From NCBI GenBank assembly GCA_003344405.1, contig NOWV01000015.1, forward strand, positions 434,001 to 498,000: DNA of 64,000 bases, in the 5' to 3' direction. The first letter of the stretch is position 1; every line of letters starts with the position of its first letter. The stretch is from Trichoplax sp. H2 (lineage: Eukaryota). Under the pieces are notes generated by a model. That model made no database searches, was not told where the DNA came from, and saw only the letters and a program-made list of their open reading frames with translations. Positions 40,518 to 53,790 of the stretch are shown here, in pieces. Position numbers and translations under genes: made by a program.

Positions 40518-43500
40518 TTAATCTGCCCCTTCTTCCGTGTTCTCCTGGTTTTCGTCGGTATTATTGGACAGTAGACATTGTTTAAATTTTTGTAAGGCTT
40601 TAAGGCATATTTTATCGTTTACAACTTCAAGCGCTTCCAATACCAAGTCAGTTAATATTTTAACATTTGGCGAATTTAATTTATCAATTGAAAGCGAATT
40701 AAGCATTTTACACCACACGCGAAGTAAGGGTCCTTCGTGGTCAGATAAAATCTCGTTACAAATCTTAACAGCCAGATCGTCATGGACATTCACCAGATTT
40801 TCTATTGTCCGCTTTTCCTTTTGATGTTCCTGATTAGCTTGGAAAATGTGTAATGACGTCAAATGTGTCACTAACTCTGCAACATTATTCGCATCAATAT
40901 CTCGTAAAGCAGAATCATCAGGGGCATCAGCAATTGTGTGCAATGTAGGAAAGAATGCATCCAGTAGACATTGCTGATTTTCATTGCTATTTAGAGCGAA
41001 GGCTTGAAAGAAAACACCTAAGCAATGTCTTAGGTGTAAGTCGTCCTCGGACGTTGGACTATACCATAGTAACAGTAACCTTGAGATCAGCTTCGGACTA
41101 GATAATCGACCCGATAGAAGTAATTTGGCAAATCCCTCGGCTGCTACTTGTCTTATTTCGCCCAGTTCATTATCTAAGAAACTTGTTAGAATCGCTAACA
41201 ATTTACTGGAGGTATTGAGGCTATTCTCGTCTCCATTTTGTTGGTTACCGTCCGAAGTTTGTTCTGTGTCACTTTCACTGCATATCTTAAATCCAAAAAC
41301 ATGTAGCAAGTCAAAGACAGCCTTCAGTGCCACTAGCCTCACTTCTAATTGATCTACTTGCATGATCTGTAGGAATAATATTAATTGAATGCGAGCCCGT
41401 TCCTTGTTAATGATGCTACACACACTAAGGCACTCAACAGCAACCTTGCGAATAACTGGATCTTCATTTTGTACACTGGGCAATATCAAAGAATCCATTA
41501 GATCGTTAATAATTGGATGTACAGATGTCGATATTTCTGTTACATTTGCAAGCATTTCTTTAAATATCGACAGACAACGATAGACAACTTCATTTTCATC
41601 TTGAGCTATAACTGTTTCAAACTCCGTAGCTTCGCAATCATCTTTCAATTGTGATTTCTGTTCCTCCAGTTCTTGTATCGATGATTTTATTTCACCTGCT
41701 GAGCTGAAATCTTCTTCAGCTACACATTCTTCTAATTTCTCTTTTAGTTCATTTATTTTAACTCGTAAACGTGCAATCTTGAGTTCCATTTGTCGGATTT
41801 CCTCTTTAGAATATTTCAATCTTGTAGAAACCAGAGGTTGACGAATATCAGATATGACTTCAGTAATTTCGGAAACATAATTTTTACAATCTGGTGATAG
41901 CTTCTGATATTGTTCCATCACAACAGGTAGTAGAGTTGGTAGTAAATCAAGTGCCATCATTTGCTCTTTTAAAAGTTTGCGAAAGTTCTTCCTGCCAACT
42001 TCATCAGTTAAATCCATTACTCCAGCAAGCATTAGTAACTGTTCCAATATGAATGCACGAGTTATAGTGGATTCTTCATCTTGCTTATCATACGGTAAAG
42101 CAATAAACCTTTTAATATATTCGCAAAATACCGATAATTCTGGTAGTATTTTATCTAAGTATTCCTCGCCATGATTCTCGATACTATTTAAATGCTGTGT
42201 TAAACAGCGCCAATAAAGAACTATTTCACTAGTTATAGAGTCTTCTTTGGGGACCTTAGCTCTACCATAAACAACGACATTAGCATCATTGCTGACAAGT
42301 GGAGCGATTAAATCTTCCAATGGAATATCCATAAAGAGCATATTTAACACAGATTGAATTGTTTTTGTGGCATTTTCAACGTCTAAATGTTGTAATAGTA
42401 CTAGGACATTACTGCCTAAACTCACTAACCAATTTGTCAATAGTTTACCCTTGCAGATGAGTTGGATACCTTTCGATCTATCTTTTAGGCCATTTTCTAA
42501 TAAATCTAGTCGTTGATTAATTGTCAACGATTTAATACCCACTCTTTCAGCTAAGACTTGATAGGCGACACGTCGTACACTTTCCTTGATATCTTTAGTA
42601 CGTTCAATAATTTCGGGTAAAGTAAGAGCATTGATTGCAATATTGGCAAGCACAGCACGGCGAACTTCGGCACTGGAATCCTTGCTAATTAATTCAATAT
42701 ATTTTTTGATCACTATACAGTCTTCATCGGTTGGATCTTGTAGACGAGCAACTGCACGAACTGCTTGAATGCGTACAGCGGGTACTTTATCGTAAAGTCT
42801 TTCAAGCATGGCTTCGTATATTAAGTTATACAAATCATCATCAATTTGCGCATCTTCACTTAAATTATTGAGTAATTTGCAGACTAGTTGACAAGATCGA
42901 TAGCGTATTCCACGATCCTGAGCTTGATTAATTGATAATAAAAACTGTAGTAAAAATATCATAAACTGATTGCTTCGCTCTTGTATTGCAGTTTGATCAT
43001 CGTCATTTTCGTAGTCGCCGACTGTTTCAGTAGCAAATCTGGCAATAAAATCGATTAGTCTTTCAACAGCGGCTTCTTGCTTGAAAACGATTAAAATATG
43101 GCGTAAAGCAGCAACAAAATCTTGACAAAATTCTTCATATCCGTCGTCTCTTAGCTATAAAAGTATAGTAGTTTACAAAGTAAGTTAAAATTGTTAGTAT
43201 AACAAGTTTTAATTTTAATTTATTTGTAAAGATGCCATCGTAAATCATTATCAAGGATAGAAGATCAAGTACGCTCTGGAATTTTTACGATTTATTCTTG
43301 CCGACTGGTTTACTAAGGTAATCAATGTTCTTTACTAATATTTAAATGTTATTCTTTCAATGATCAATGATGAGACAGTAATAGCAGGTAGAGTACTTTT
43401 AGTTGTATCTACTAGTAGATCTAAAACCAGTCACAATTCTTTCCAACCTGACTATTGCAAGAATTCTATATCTACAACTTACTTCTCTCATTTGTTCCAG

Positions 43501-43569
43501 TAATCGAGGATGGCTATGAATACCACGTTGGGCTTCATTAAAACATTCCACTACGGTAGAACTTGCCAT
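40518..43569 (-). CDS. NCAPG: Condensin I subunit CAP-G (condensin complex subunit 3); exons 43569-43483 and 43154-40518, about 907 aa
   Basis: HEAT-repeat protein with VFKQEAAVERLIDF, RYRSCQL, RLYDKVPAVRIQAV..RLQDP, EVRRAVL, ERTKD, AAEGFAKLLL..LLLLWYSP. Exon 1 MASSTVVECFNEAQRG.. ends at a GTAAGT donor and joins in phase 0. Confidence 0.95.
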
Positions 43570-43681
43570 TTTTCTTTTCTTACTTTATTAATAATGTTTG
43601 TCCAATGAGGATGGATACACGTTTCCCTGCTCGTGGATGGAATATTCAATGAATGAGTAAAAGAATCAAGAATAAAAGTTG

Positions 43682-44097
43682 CTTCAATGTATTTCAATAT
43701 AGCAGTACAGTAAGACTGTGAGTACAGCCAAATGTTGACCAACTTTTCTTCTATCTAAATAGTAACAACTAGGTACAATGTTCAATAGCAAACTACCTAT
43801 ACATGTTGTCTCCAACTGGCAAAGACAAATTTCTCTACTACCGTGTTAGACAGTGGTACAAACTTCAATGTATTTCAATATAGCAGTACAGTAAGGCTGT
43901 GAGTACAGCCAAAATGTTGACCAACTTTTCTTCTATCTTAATGGTAACAACTAGGTACAAAGTTCAATAGCACAATAGCAATACATGTTGTCTCCATCTG
44001 GCAAAGATTGATTGCAAACTCTGATCTACTATAAACTGCTTTAGATTGATTTACAGACAAATTTCTCTACTACCATGTTAGACAGTGGTGCAAACTT
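43682..44097. repeat. Tandem duplication, about 181-bp unit; the second copy has an insertion of about 50 bp
   Basis: CTTCAATGTATTTCAATATAGCAGTACAGTAAG.. at 43682 and 43863. Confidence 0.9.
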
Positions 44098-44550
44098 GAG
44101 CGCTTTAGGATTATTCTACTCTTTAATCTTTAACATACTCGCATGGTAGGGCATGTAGTATAGAAGTAGCAAGAAACGACAAGATATGCAGGAACTACTC
44201 CGAGAAAAGACACAGGCGACACTGATACAGTTTGCATTTTCATTTTACAACGTGAATTTTACTGGCAGTGGATTGACGCATGATGAAAGACGTTACCACT
44301 GCAACATCTACTCAATTAGGATAGCAATGTCATGTTCTCATTTATTGTATCTTTCAACCTTACCTAGAACAATTCTAATAGATGCTCGTCTATCTAAGAA
44401 GAAGAAGGAAATGATTTGGCGTTGCAAGGCAAAGGCTAATGGCGACTATGAACAGGCATAAACTGTAATTGACGTTTTGGGTCAAGTGAAGTCAAGCGTA
44501 AACGTACGACTGTACACATCAACCGTTTTTCTATTGAAAAGAATTTCAGA

Positions 44551-44568
44551 TTTAAACTGACCGCCAAT
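44551..44568 (-). promoter_or_regulatory. Candidate CDE/CHR cell-cycle element for NCAPG
   Basis: The minus strand reads TGGCGG-TCAG-TTTAAA (CDE, 4-nt spacer, CHR variant), overlapping a CCAAT, about 1 kb upstream of the NCAPG ATG. Confidence 0.45.
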
Positions 44569-44685
44569 AAACAATAGGTAGACGAGACGCGTTTGCGCAG
44601 AACGTCCACTGGAGTAGGTTCAGTTGACTTGTCGTAGCGTCCAGCACAATATATAGTGCTGTAACCTACAGTACTGTACTGTACA

Positions 44686-44988
44686 GTAGACCCTTCAAAT
44701 TTTGACTAAATGCTTTGAAATCCCTATGCTGAAATATCTCAAGGTTACAGTTAGGGGTTAGTAAGGGGGTCTTAAAACGATGGTATTCCCTTAATGTCAG
44801 GTCGAACTAGAACTCATCTACAAAATTGCAGCTAATTCTATCAAGATAAACACCCTAACTAACCACCCTAAATCTTGATACAATTAGCTGCAATGTTGCA
44901 GATGAGTTCTAGTAAGGGAAAACCATCGTTTGAGATGTTTCACCATAGGGATGAATCCTAAACATTTAGTCCAAATCTGAAGGTCTAC
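44686..44988. mobile_element. Foldback/MITE-like element with imperfect arms of about 115 bp
   Basis: GTAGACCCTTCAAATTTTGACTAAATG..ATCCCTATGCTGAAATATCTCAA..AACGATGGTATTCCCTTA..CTAGAACTCATCT..GCAGCTAATTCTATCAAGAT is mirrored by 44873-44988. Confidence 0.7.
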
Positions 44989-45551
44989 AGTGCATGTCTA
45001 ATGAACCGGAATTTACTCAAGAAATAAAAATTAAAACCATTCAAATCATGGAGTATTATACAAATAATTTTCTAAATATTATTTCTACTAGTAAATTTGT
45101 AAGTTGAACTGCACCTAAGCTGCACTGCTTGCCGGTTTGTATTTTCAATTTTATCGACTGTAGTAGTGTCATATCAGGTAGGATAAATTCCATATTAATG
45201 TTATAAAAGGAAAGGATGGAAAATACTCGTCGTATGCAAGGCTGCTGATCTCTGTCTCCTAGCAGCACTTCATCTAGGCTGTTTTCAATTTTGCCTACTG
45301 CAGTTTAATAATGTCATGTTCATACTCTAAAAATAAAAAGGATGAAAATAGTATGCAAAAGTGCTGATATCAGCCACATTATTATACTACGTACAGTACA
45401 TTGTGATCTAAATTGAATGATATACGGTCATATTGATATATGAGCACACTGAATTTTACTTCAGTATGGTGCTGTTTACATTAGGCTAGCATCAGTATCA
45501 GGAAGCTGTCAAGGGAAACAGTTTCAAACGGTTCTATTGACCCATTATTAG

Positions 45552-45631
45552 CTAACTCTACGCTACTCATTCTCTAAATTATACTTGTTTCAAGAGCACT
45601 TCTGAGTAGGCATGGCGTAGCGTAGAGTTAG
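45552..45631. mobile_element. Small (80 bp) element with perfect 15-bp terminal inverted repeats
   Basis: CTAACTCTACGCTAC (45552-45566) and GTAGCGTAGAGTTAG (45617-45631). Confidence 0.45.
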
Positions 45632-46015
45632 TTACTTAATTGCGCTGCAGTGGATTCTACTGCGCTGTAGTCGAGGCCCTCAATTCGAGCCTATAAGGAT
45701 CATTTTAAGGTCTCTACTGCACTGTACTGTGTTGTATCATAGACAGTAAAGTCATTGATCTTATTTTAAAGTATCTGGGATCGCAACGTCGTCAAGTTTT
45801 GCACACGATGTTCAATCACTGTTCCTAGTTCATTGAGGCGAGAACTACAGCCAAATTTCGTTTGGTATTCTCTACTACAAGCATGCACTACTCTGTCGTG
45901 CCCTTCCATAGCTAGTTTGGCTTGATAACGGCTCCAATAGCTTACATCCCTGTCATAACGTTTCAAATGATCAACATAACAATTAACAGGTAGTAAACAA
46001 ACGGATAACTTATTC

Positions 46016-46029
46016 TTCACCATGACAAC
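46016..46029. promoter_or_regulatory. Weak X-box-like site upstream of CCDC33
   Basis: TTCACCATGACAAC (reverse strand GTTGTCATGGTGAA), one terminal mismatch to the X-box consensus, about 760 bp from the ATG. Confidence 0.3.
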
Positions 46030-46788
46030 CGCGACAGCAATGGGTAGGGCATCTACTATACTACCTATGGCTAGTAACTACTGCTGCGGATCTCTATTAA
46101 GTTAAAATATAGTTCCACGGCAGAGATTGAATCATAAAAATAGAGTGGATGATGATAGAATTCATTGTCTGTCAATAATGGAATACTATCAATGCACAAT
46201 ATCAACTTGGGTAATCAAAATCAGGCTGAAGAATCTTGCTTGATACACTTATACTGTATTACTACTCCAAGTAGTCAAATTGTTATACAGTTAATAATCA
46301 TGCTATCATTTATTCAACATGTTAAAAAATCACTTGTGTACTGTATAGAATATAGAGGTAACAAAGTAGAGATTACATTACCATTACAATACACTGATTT
46401 GGATCGAATATTATCGTCATCTCATCCAATCTCGAAGCAATCTCATCGGCTTTAGTAACGAGGACATTTAGTTCAAGTTTGCAGATTATATCATTTATCT
46501 AGTGATTTTCCGCCATTATGATCATATTGATCCATATCTGATATCGACAGCCCTGATACACTAGATTAATTAAACTCTATGTAAAATAAATACGTACGAC
46601 GCACTACTTTATTAACTCACCGGATGACGAGTTCAAACGTCCACTATTATTACCAACAGACTAGGGACGATTCTAACATAATGTGGCCATAGATTATCGT
46701 TGTATCGATTGATTTAGATAAAGATTTAAATCTAGAATTTTAAAAATATTGACCGATAAAGCTATAATAATACAAGCAGAGTAGAAAG

Positions 46789-49700
46789 ATGGAATTTGGT
46801 GCCGTTCAAGCCTTTGCTAATTCAATTGATTTCAACATTCAAATACAACAAGTTCAACTTAGCGATTCTGGTAATTACAATGTAACATTTACTCTAGATG
46901 GACAAGGTTCAGATACTGTTATCATCACCAGCGATTCCGGTGGACCTAAAGCATTTGGAAAAGTTACTACCGATACTCAGCAACTTGATACTCAAGGAAT
47001 CGCCAAGTTTACCAAGTGTAGTTTTAATTTTGCTATCCCTCAAGGTAAATCAACTTTTATACAAATTTTGATCTAACTGAGAATTAGCTTTTGTGTATCA
47101 AGAAGCCTATCATCTTACTTATGACTACTAATACCTCAATATCTGTTAGCTAATAGTATAAATTTTTCTTCTATCTCCTTCAATCTACTAATCACTATGT
47201 CCTAATTCTTATACTATAGATTTTACAAAACGGCAAGAAATAAAACTTGTTATTACCGTTAATCGAGAACTTAACCAAGACGAACACGATACATCGGAAA
47301 CACTATACGCCCAAGGCGATTTTAAAATTTATCCACGCCAGAGAAATGATGCTGATGCTGATAAATATTATCAAATGCAAGAGTAAGATAATTAACTCAA
47401 ATGACTTAAATGAACACTTAAAATAATTACTTGACAGCTATATAATGTCATTTATACTTACTATACAAGTATTGTTCTGCTTGGTCTATGTTAATATGTA
47501 CAGTATTTCACTGATTTATTACCTACAGCTAATCTTTATTCTTAAAATAGTAACAATATTACAGTACTTTATTCAACCGAGAGAAACCGCAAATAAAACA
47601 TTTATCGGTAGACTCATCTTCTAGCAATCAAATACTGTAAATTAAAGTCTAATGACTCTATCAAAGGATATACTTTAATTAATCACTGCATCGTGCCAAT
47701 TTAAATCAATGAAGTAGGTTAAAGTAATTTCTAGTTTTACTCAATAATTTCATAGAAATTTTTAATTATTTTAAAGCATCCGTAATATCTACAACTGCTT
47801 AAATCCTCTTATCTTGCTTTAACTAATTTTTATCCATTTAATACACGTTAAATGCAAGTAAACCTTCAGCTTTCAACTTAAAATGTATAAAGTACTTTAT
47901 TTTCATCGTCTGCATCAGTGACCACAAAATATTTATAATAATTCATAGGGAAATTCAACTATACAGTACCGCTGCTGCAAGTAGTAATAGTACACCACAA
48001 AATGTAGGTAAACTCAGTATGATGGCCTCGCTAAAAGGTGAACTTCCAAAAGTTGAAGACCAATCGAAACAATCATCACCTACACCCGACACTGTACCCG
48101 ATACTGTCCAGGATGAAAATAAAGCAGAACCTTCACAAAATGCAACGACTCCGGTACCTCATCAAGCGAGAAAGGTTGTATCTTAAACATTACACAAGGA
48201 AAAATCAACTATATCATTCTATAGTCTTAATCTGTGTTAAATATCTTCATATTTAGTAATATATTTAAAGTCCATATTTACATCTTCATCCATCCATGCT
48301 AGCTCTTTCTTAACTTTTGATAACTCAATTGTAGGTTTCAGAAAGTCCTCTACCTCTAAATCAAAGTAGTATTCTACACCTAGCTAGCCAAAAGGTAGTA
48401 GACAGCAAGAAAGAGTATATACTGGCTCGCATTTATTGTGCCACAAATGTTTCAAATGCATCAACTGGTCAGCCCCAGCCTTATGTATTAGGGTATGTAC
48501 TATATATCATTCATGTTTTCTTTACACGTATTGATTGATTTTTTTAATTTTGTGTGTTTCTGTACTAATAATATAGAAAATACGGACATCAAAGTGCAGT
48601 TACCAAAGCTACTATGACAACAACAAATACCCCATTTTGGAATGAAGTTTTGGTGATTGAAGAGAACTTACAATCACAAGAAGATGAAGGTTAGTATATA
48701 CCACTACTCGTTAACTATACTATAATGAATTATCCAATATTTTAATCTTCAGTTCATTCTCTTTTATCTAAAGATAAAAGTTAGCATATACTCGTCTACT
48801 ATACTATAAATAACTATCTATTACTTTAATCTACACTACTTTGCTCATCTGATATAGCCCACTATGCTATTATATAGTAATAGCATTAAAAAATTGAAGA
48901 ATGAGCTGAACAATATCACTTATGTGTATGAATTCAAGATCAAAATGATCGTTAATTCTGACCAAATTTCATTCATTTCCTCTATCTGTATAGTTTTAAA
49001 TTTGAGTATCATCGACGGTAATTCCAAAGAATTATTGGATGAATATCTCATACCCATGGTGCATTTCTCTCCCATGCGATCCTATCATTTAGAACTTGTA
49101 CAAGTAAATCTAATATATTACTAATATATGGTTTTAATAGCTAATACGAAATAGAGTAGGATTTGTACTGTTGTTATTTACTAATGTACGTACATTTGTC
49201 CTCGCTCTTGATGCAATATTTATAGCCGTCTGAGGTATCCTCTTCTGAAACACGTTTTTATGTCACTTTAATCAAGAAACCTGCTGATTTACCTCAGCAA
49301 TTATTTCAACACAATAATTACGGACTAGAGGTAAAACAATAGTAATCTACTAATACTATCACAATCGATAATGCTAGATATTATTTTAAGTGAAATTTCC
49401 GGCGTGATCATTCTAAATTGCTATAAACTTCCTTTTTTAGATCCAGTTAAACGGTTTTGACAGCGATCCAAGTCATCCAGTATTCTCTGTCGTTAGGCTT
49501 TTACCAGACTGCCAAAACTACCTGTATGGACTTGCCTGCTAATTATAATTGTAATCATTGGTGTAAAGTATTAGAAAATTATAGTATTGATATATTTTAT
49601 TTATTCGTATGTTAGGGATTCTACGTTAAAGAGCAAACCACGACAAGCGTATTTTTCGTTTACAACCCTTCAATTTCCATCACCTCATCCTTCATCTTTA

Positions 49701-52700
49701 GCTTCTATAATCCCCCAACACAATATACCACCACAAGTAAACTGCGTAAAAACTGTCAATTACTTCATCTTAAAGATATAGCTCTGTTCCAATAATACTT
49801 TAACAAAATCGATATATAGATTTATATGGTAGTACTTTTGGCTAGATCACATCTTCTATTAAAAAAAGATAGGATTATTTCATATCTAAGATCTAGCTAT
49901 GATTGTAGTATCCTCTGAATTTTGAATGAATTTGATATCTAATTTTATTTACACCTATTTTATGACTTAGATTTCCTCATCTATTAAGGAAGAAGGGAAA
50001 ATGTCGGAAAATGAAATACCCCAAGTTACATTCTACTCCGAAACTGAAGAAATATCATCAGACTCTACAGGAGTTATAATAGAGTTTTATTCTGTTGCTG
50101 AAAGTAAGTTTTTACCACGATGAAACGTAAAAGAAATGCACTTTAATCAATCTAATGACGTACGTATACAATAACCTAACAAACAAATTTTATCCAACTA
50201 TGCTTCACTTCTATAGCATTAAAAGAAACTTGTTTCGATGTTAGCCAACCTTTCGCTTACTGCTATCTTGACGTAAATCAAGATTTACTGAAGTTATCAC
50301 AGTCCGATACTGTAACTAAAACTTTACCTATTCAAGTAAGTTATTGTAACAATCAATTTCTTAACAATTCAACTCGTATATCATCCGTTTATGAGATGAT
50401 TGAATATTTTCTGGCAAAGGGAGCTGAAAGTGAACTAAGTTTCGGACCATATCCCCCGCAACAAATTAAAATTACAGCGAAGTTATTTTCGAAACAGGTA
50501 CGATTTTTATATTTAATTTACTCGAAAAAGGCTTACACTTATGCTTTACATAATATTCAAAGGTAGGAACTCTACCATAATGTATAAATAATTAGTTTAC
50601 AATATCATGTTACAGCTACTCTAAACGGTATAAAATTTTAGTGTAATGCACAAAGAAGTAATTGGCATAAATCATGCAGTAGGACTGAAAGAGAATTTAG
50701 TGGACTATGATCATATTATAATAATGTTTATCTATAATAATTTTATTCATAATCGCAAACGGAAAATGCTGCTAAAACTCCTGCTCAGGATACTCAACCA
50801 TCGCCAATAGTATCGTCTTCACCTTCTCAACAACCACAAAGAGATGACGGAAATGACCAAGAAGCTAGACCGTTAAGTTCAGCTAATAGAAGCCACAGTC
50901 GTGAAAGATCGCCTGCGGGAAATAGGAATTTCTTTCCTTCATCCGCTAAACAAGAAAGACCAGTACAATCTCCAGCAAGAAGTGATAGGCTTTCACCTTT
51001 ACCAATAACGCCATATGTTAGATCAAGCATCCAGGTATAGCCAGCGTAGTAGTATCGTTCAGGAATAGTATTTTCCCCTGTGAATTACGGATGTTTGCTA
51101 AATGAATATAATTATAAATGGAAAAATAGATAATGTAGCTAGTTGTAATAATGTAGTGTGTGAGCAAATATTACAAGAATTACGCATATATGTAAATGAT
51201 TCAATTATTGACGATAAGGACCCTACCAAAAAGGAAGTTGACGAATTAAAAGAGCAGCTTAATGCCTTGAAAGATGAATTAAATGATGTAAAGGTTAGCC
51301 TTTGAACAGATTTAGAGATGGATTATTACTCTTTAATTTTAGAAACCAGTTCTTTCTACATTATTTACAAACATTAGAACATTCACTTGGCAGAATCTAT
51401 CTTGATCCAATTAAATCTTACTAATATATGGTTTTATATAAATGATCTTAAATCATTCCTATTCTAGATTTTAAATCTGTATTTACGGTATTAGCGTAAA
51501 GTAACAATATGTCTTGCAATATTTCAGGATGAGAATAAAAAATTACGTCGGAAATTAGCTAATAATCATGATGGCTCCGGCCTTATCGACGAGGACTATG
51601 TAGGTGATGTGCCACATAACGAACTTGTACAAGAATATGGTAAATTGTTAGCGTTAAGTTCAATATTTAACGTCCTGAATATAGCAAAATACAGTAGCTT
51701 GACACTATGTTTACTTAAACAGTTGCATTAAAACAAAAGTATATGGTGGAAGGGATTCAATGTCGTGAATTTCAAGCAAAAGTGCAAGATTTACAAAATA
51801 CATTAATCAAGGTAATATTCGTACATGCTGGTGTTTTAACCTACAAAAATTGGTTAATACCGTCTACAGAATCATAAATCCAACTCAAGGATATTAATTC
51901 ATTCTCTTTTTTCTTGCCTGTTGATAGAAAAATGATAAGGAAAAACATTATATTCTTATGGAAAAATCCTATCAACTTCAGCAGAAAGAATTACAGAAAT
52001 TACAAGTACTTACTACTTAAAATTAAATCTTCTGTACTCTCATTAGTTGATCACTCTATTATTAAACTATACGTACTAGGACAAAGTCAGAATTGTTCAA
52101 AAATGGAAGGATACATGCCGAAATCAGGAAAAGGTAATTGTAGCTACAGTTCCTATCGACAGACATGGATATTTCAGTATTCAGCATGACTCTTCAAGCG
52201 TAATATGAGATAAATCTAGTACTTTTATTAGTGTGATAGATATGTTTGATAGGAAATATTATGTAATAGTAAATTTATTATATACTGCATACGTTGTTCT
52301 ACTTCGTTCTTGTAGTCCCTAAATTTTCATTAAGGCAATTATATGATCATCGACATACTTTATATGCTCTAGTAAAGTAATATAAACATGGATAAATACT
52401 ACAATAGTAATTGAACTTCTATAGGAAATAGAGTAATTAAACTTTGGAACCTTAAACTCTATATACAAGTGCTAACTGAATGAATGTAAATTATAGGACA
52501 CTGTCTCAAACGAATCCGCTAAAAATCTTGCCACACTTTTATTTTACATTTGAGCTCTTTTTTCTGCATAACTATGCGTATTATATATAATAATTTAATT
52601 ATTAGACACTGAATCCTTTTAAATGCCCGAAAAACCTTCACTAACTCGGAATTTGTGCTGAAATCCCTTAATTTATTCGTTCCTAAATTATGTGTTGCAT

Positions 52701-53790
52701 GAAAAGTTCCTGTAAACATCAATCGAATTTGTTACATAAGAATTTAAACTACTATAGCTAGCATATAAAGACATAGATAGTCAGAAAATGTTCTGATACT
52801 ATTTTTACTTTATTCTTGGATAATAGGTTATACGAAAGATGGAACTGATGATTAATGCCGATGAACCTAGTCAAAGTGGTTTGTAATAGGCTTTATTCAT
52901 TTTAGTCTACTTTATTCCACTACAATCTTTTTGAACATTTATTTTAAAGCGAATGTTTTCCATTGACTAGGTTCTAACGAAATTCAAGTACTTCGAATCG
53001 AAAATAGGAAATTATTAATTGCCCTTGAAAAAGAGGTATGCCAGGCTTGAAAATGAAAGAGACCATTAAACTGCATTTTCCCTAATCTTTACTCCCCATA
53101 CGTAAATATGGATTTAAAGGAAAATAACATCTTGCTAAGTGAATTAACATAAATTCTGCTATTCCATACCAACAGAAGGAAAAAAATAACAGCGATTCTA
53201 AATTTAATCAAGAAAGACTAGAACTATATCAAAAGCTCGATCGAGCAGAGGCAAGAAATAAAACACTAGAAGCTCAGGTAATGACGTCATATTTAAAGTT
53301 CTGTCGTTATCGTCAATAGTGCGTTTGTTAAAAGACCTTCTAAATTTGTTATACAGATGATAGAAGATGCACGTCGATGGGCAAAAGAAAAAAGTGACTT
53401 TCAGGTATCTTATATCTAATGCTTAGTCCTTCTATCTTGTCATGACTTGAGCTTAAATTCTCAGCTAAAATTTCATTTTTTTCTCTAATTTTCCCATAGA
53501 TTCGACTAAGCGAAAAAAATGCGGCTGCCTACGCCAAAAATACAGGCCCAACGGAACGAAATCGTAAAGTAATATTTTTCTCTTTCTGATTAATTTACAA
53601 TATGTACCTAAAAATGATGATAAATCTTAATCAGCTCATGATCTATAATATAGAAATGTATTAGATATGAGGACTTTAAAGATTAATAATGTTATATGAA
53701 CTCCAACATTTTCTGTAGAATGGAAAAAAAGCAGTGTCGCCAGCTCCTCGTTCCAGGATTAATCCTAAATTGGATCCTTACGAATTGTAA
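46789..53790 (+). CDS. CCDC33: Coiled-coil domain-containing protein 33 (C2 domain plus C-terminal coiled coils), multi-exon
   Basis: Exons give CATNVSNASTGQPQPYVLG..AVTKAT..PFWNEVLVIE..IIDGNSKELLDEYLIPMVHFSPMRSYHLELVQ (C2 region), QNTLIKKNDKEKHYILM..CRNQEKVIRKME, and LYQKLDRAEARNKTLEAQMIEDARRWAKEK. Stop TAA at 53788-53790. Confidence 0.85.

Noticed and set aside
40537-42768. Plus-strand ORFs over NCAPG
   Set aside because: Antisense shadows of a long coding exon.
49235-49243. GTATCCTCT resembling a U12 donor in CCDC33
   Set aside because: Lies inside an in-frame exon (PSEVSSSETRFYV).
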